Below, in pieces: positions 54,494 through 55,159 of a stretch of DNA of 55,159 bases. Each line of letters starts with the position of its first letter. The first letter of the stretch is position 1. A program made the position numbers and the translations under genes. The notes beneath the pieces were generated by a model. That model saw only the letters and a list, made by a program, of their open reading frames with translations, did not search any database and was not told where the DNA came from. Source of the DNA: Minisyncoccia bacterium (GTDB taxonomy: Bacteria; Patescibacteriota; Minisyncoccia; Phycocordibacterales; DATDWN01); assembly GCA_049296855.1 (NCBI GenBank), contig JBAQTF010000014.1:1-55159 (forward strand). Direction: 5' to 3'.

Positions 54494-54859
54494 ATGCATC
54501 CACTTTCAATATTTCCCAGATTACTAGACTTCAGCTTGTTAGCTCCGACGGTACTTCGAGTTGTCGTTGCTCTTTTTGTCATTTACTTAGGTTTGAACAG
54601 GTATAAGAAAGAATATAACTATGCTTCTATTGTTTATATTATTTCTGGAGGTTTAATAATTTTAGGTTTGTACATTCAAATAGCTAGTATTATTGCTATC
54701 GCAGTATTAAAGTTTGACTTCTATGTGGATTTTTACATTAAAAGAAAAACAAAACCAGTTGAAATAGATAAATATTTTTTGTATGGAGCAATGGGAGTCA
54801 TTCTCCTTTCCCTACTTGTAACTGGCCCAGGATTATTTGCTTTCGACTTGCCTCTATAG
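54494..54859 (+). CDS. Small multi-TM membrane protein (DoxX-like)
   Basis: 121-aa hydrophobic ORF. Confidence 0.6.
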   Translation: MHPLSIFPRLLDFSLLAPTVLRVVVALFVIYLGLNRYKKEYNYASIVYIISGGLIILGLYIQIASIIAIAVLKFDFYVDFYIKRKTKPVEIDKYFLYGAMGVILLSLLVTGPGLFAFDLPL

Positions 54860-55089
54860 AATTAGCCGAGATTAGTTGGACTTTTTGTGTTTTTCTGTTA
54901 TATTTCAAAGGTTAGATTAATGGACAAAAGTCTTTGGATAATCAAAGCAAAGTCCTGGATAGTTTTGTTTTCGTCAAAACAAAACTTCCTCGGACCCTGG
55001 TCTCGCTTGTTTTGCTTGGTAGCAAAACATAGCTCCGACCCGCAAAAGTTCTAAAAAAATTAAAGTAGTTTAATTTTTTAAGACATTTT

Positions 55090-55159
55090 GCGCCCGTAGC
55101 TCAGTCGGTAGAGCAGGTCCCTTTTAAGGACAAGGTCGTTGGTTCGATCCCAACCGGGC
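55090..55159 (+). tRNA. tRNA-Lys (UUU), truncated by the window end
   Basis: GCGCCCG acceptor, anticodon loop CUUUUAA, T-arm GUUGG-UUCGAUC-CCAAC. The last 2-3 nt are missing. Confidence 0.8.

Noticed and set aside
1-55159. Alternative genetic code (UGA recoding, as in some CPR lineages).
   Set aside because: All long conserved genes are intact under the standard code. TGA is used as a genuine stop, for example at argS (26806-08) and the nucleotidyltransferase gene (32147-49).

Overview
AT-rich, gene-dense bacterial chromosomal segment. Hand counts of single 60-nt lines give about 25-38% GC over most of the window. Several features fit a small-genome Candidate Phyla Radiation / Patescibacteria (Parcubacteria-like) organism, which is an inference: secE-nusG-rplK with no rplA, rplJ-rplL located elsewhere, a stand-alone tRNA-binding domain, pilMNO, a very large surface protein, many small membrane proteins and almost no biosynthesis genes. 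I call about 60 CDS. They include rplL, rplJ, rplK, rplS, rpsF, rpsR, rpsT, secE, nusG, efp, metG, glyQS, ileS, argS, recA, recO, ruvA, ruvX, mutM, ssb, ftsK and uppS. I also call 7 tRNAs: His-GUG, Leu-GAG, Val-UAC, Arg-UCU, Ser-UGA, Arg-GCG and a partial Lys-UUU. Main observations: (1) a conserved structured element of about 150 nt follows three different tRNA genes, and each copy ends in a 17-18 nt copy of that tRNA's own 3' end (exact for Val and His, one mismatch for Arg) and closes an acceptor-like stem; (2) a hairpin-element family with CCCGTTAGA/TCTAACGGG arms sits between a -10 box plus ATGAAT and the real start codon (ATGAA) of three genes; (3) two further intergenic repeat families, one showing compensatory base-pair changes between its copies; (4) many host genes have an extended -10 box (TGnTAnnnT) only 6-9 nt upstream of the ATG with no room for a Shine-Dalgarno, which suggests leaderless mRNAs; (5) a 3.7-kb island of about 50% GC (folA, divergent thyA, HIT, dCMP-deaminase fusion, cytidylyltransferase-like gene) uses -35/-10 promoters, SD leaders and GC-rich terminators and lies where rplA would normally follow rplK; (6) IleRS carries an inserted histidine-phosphatase (RHG / SHG) domain of about 190 aa. 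No CRISPR array, rRNA gene, transposase or integrase was seen.
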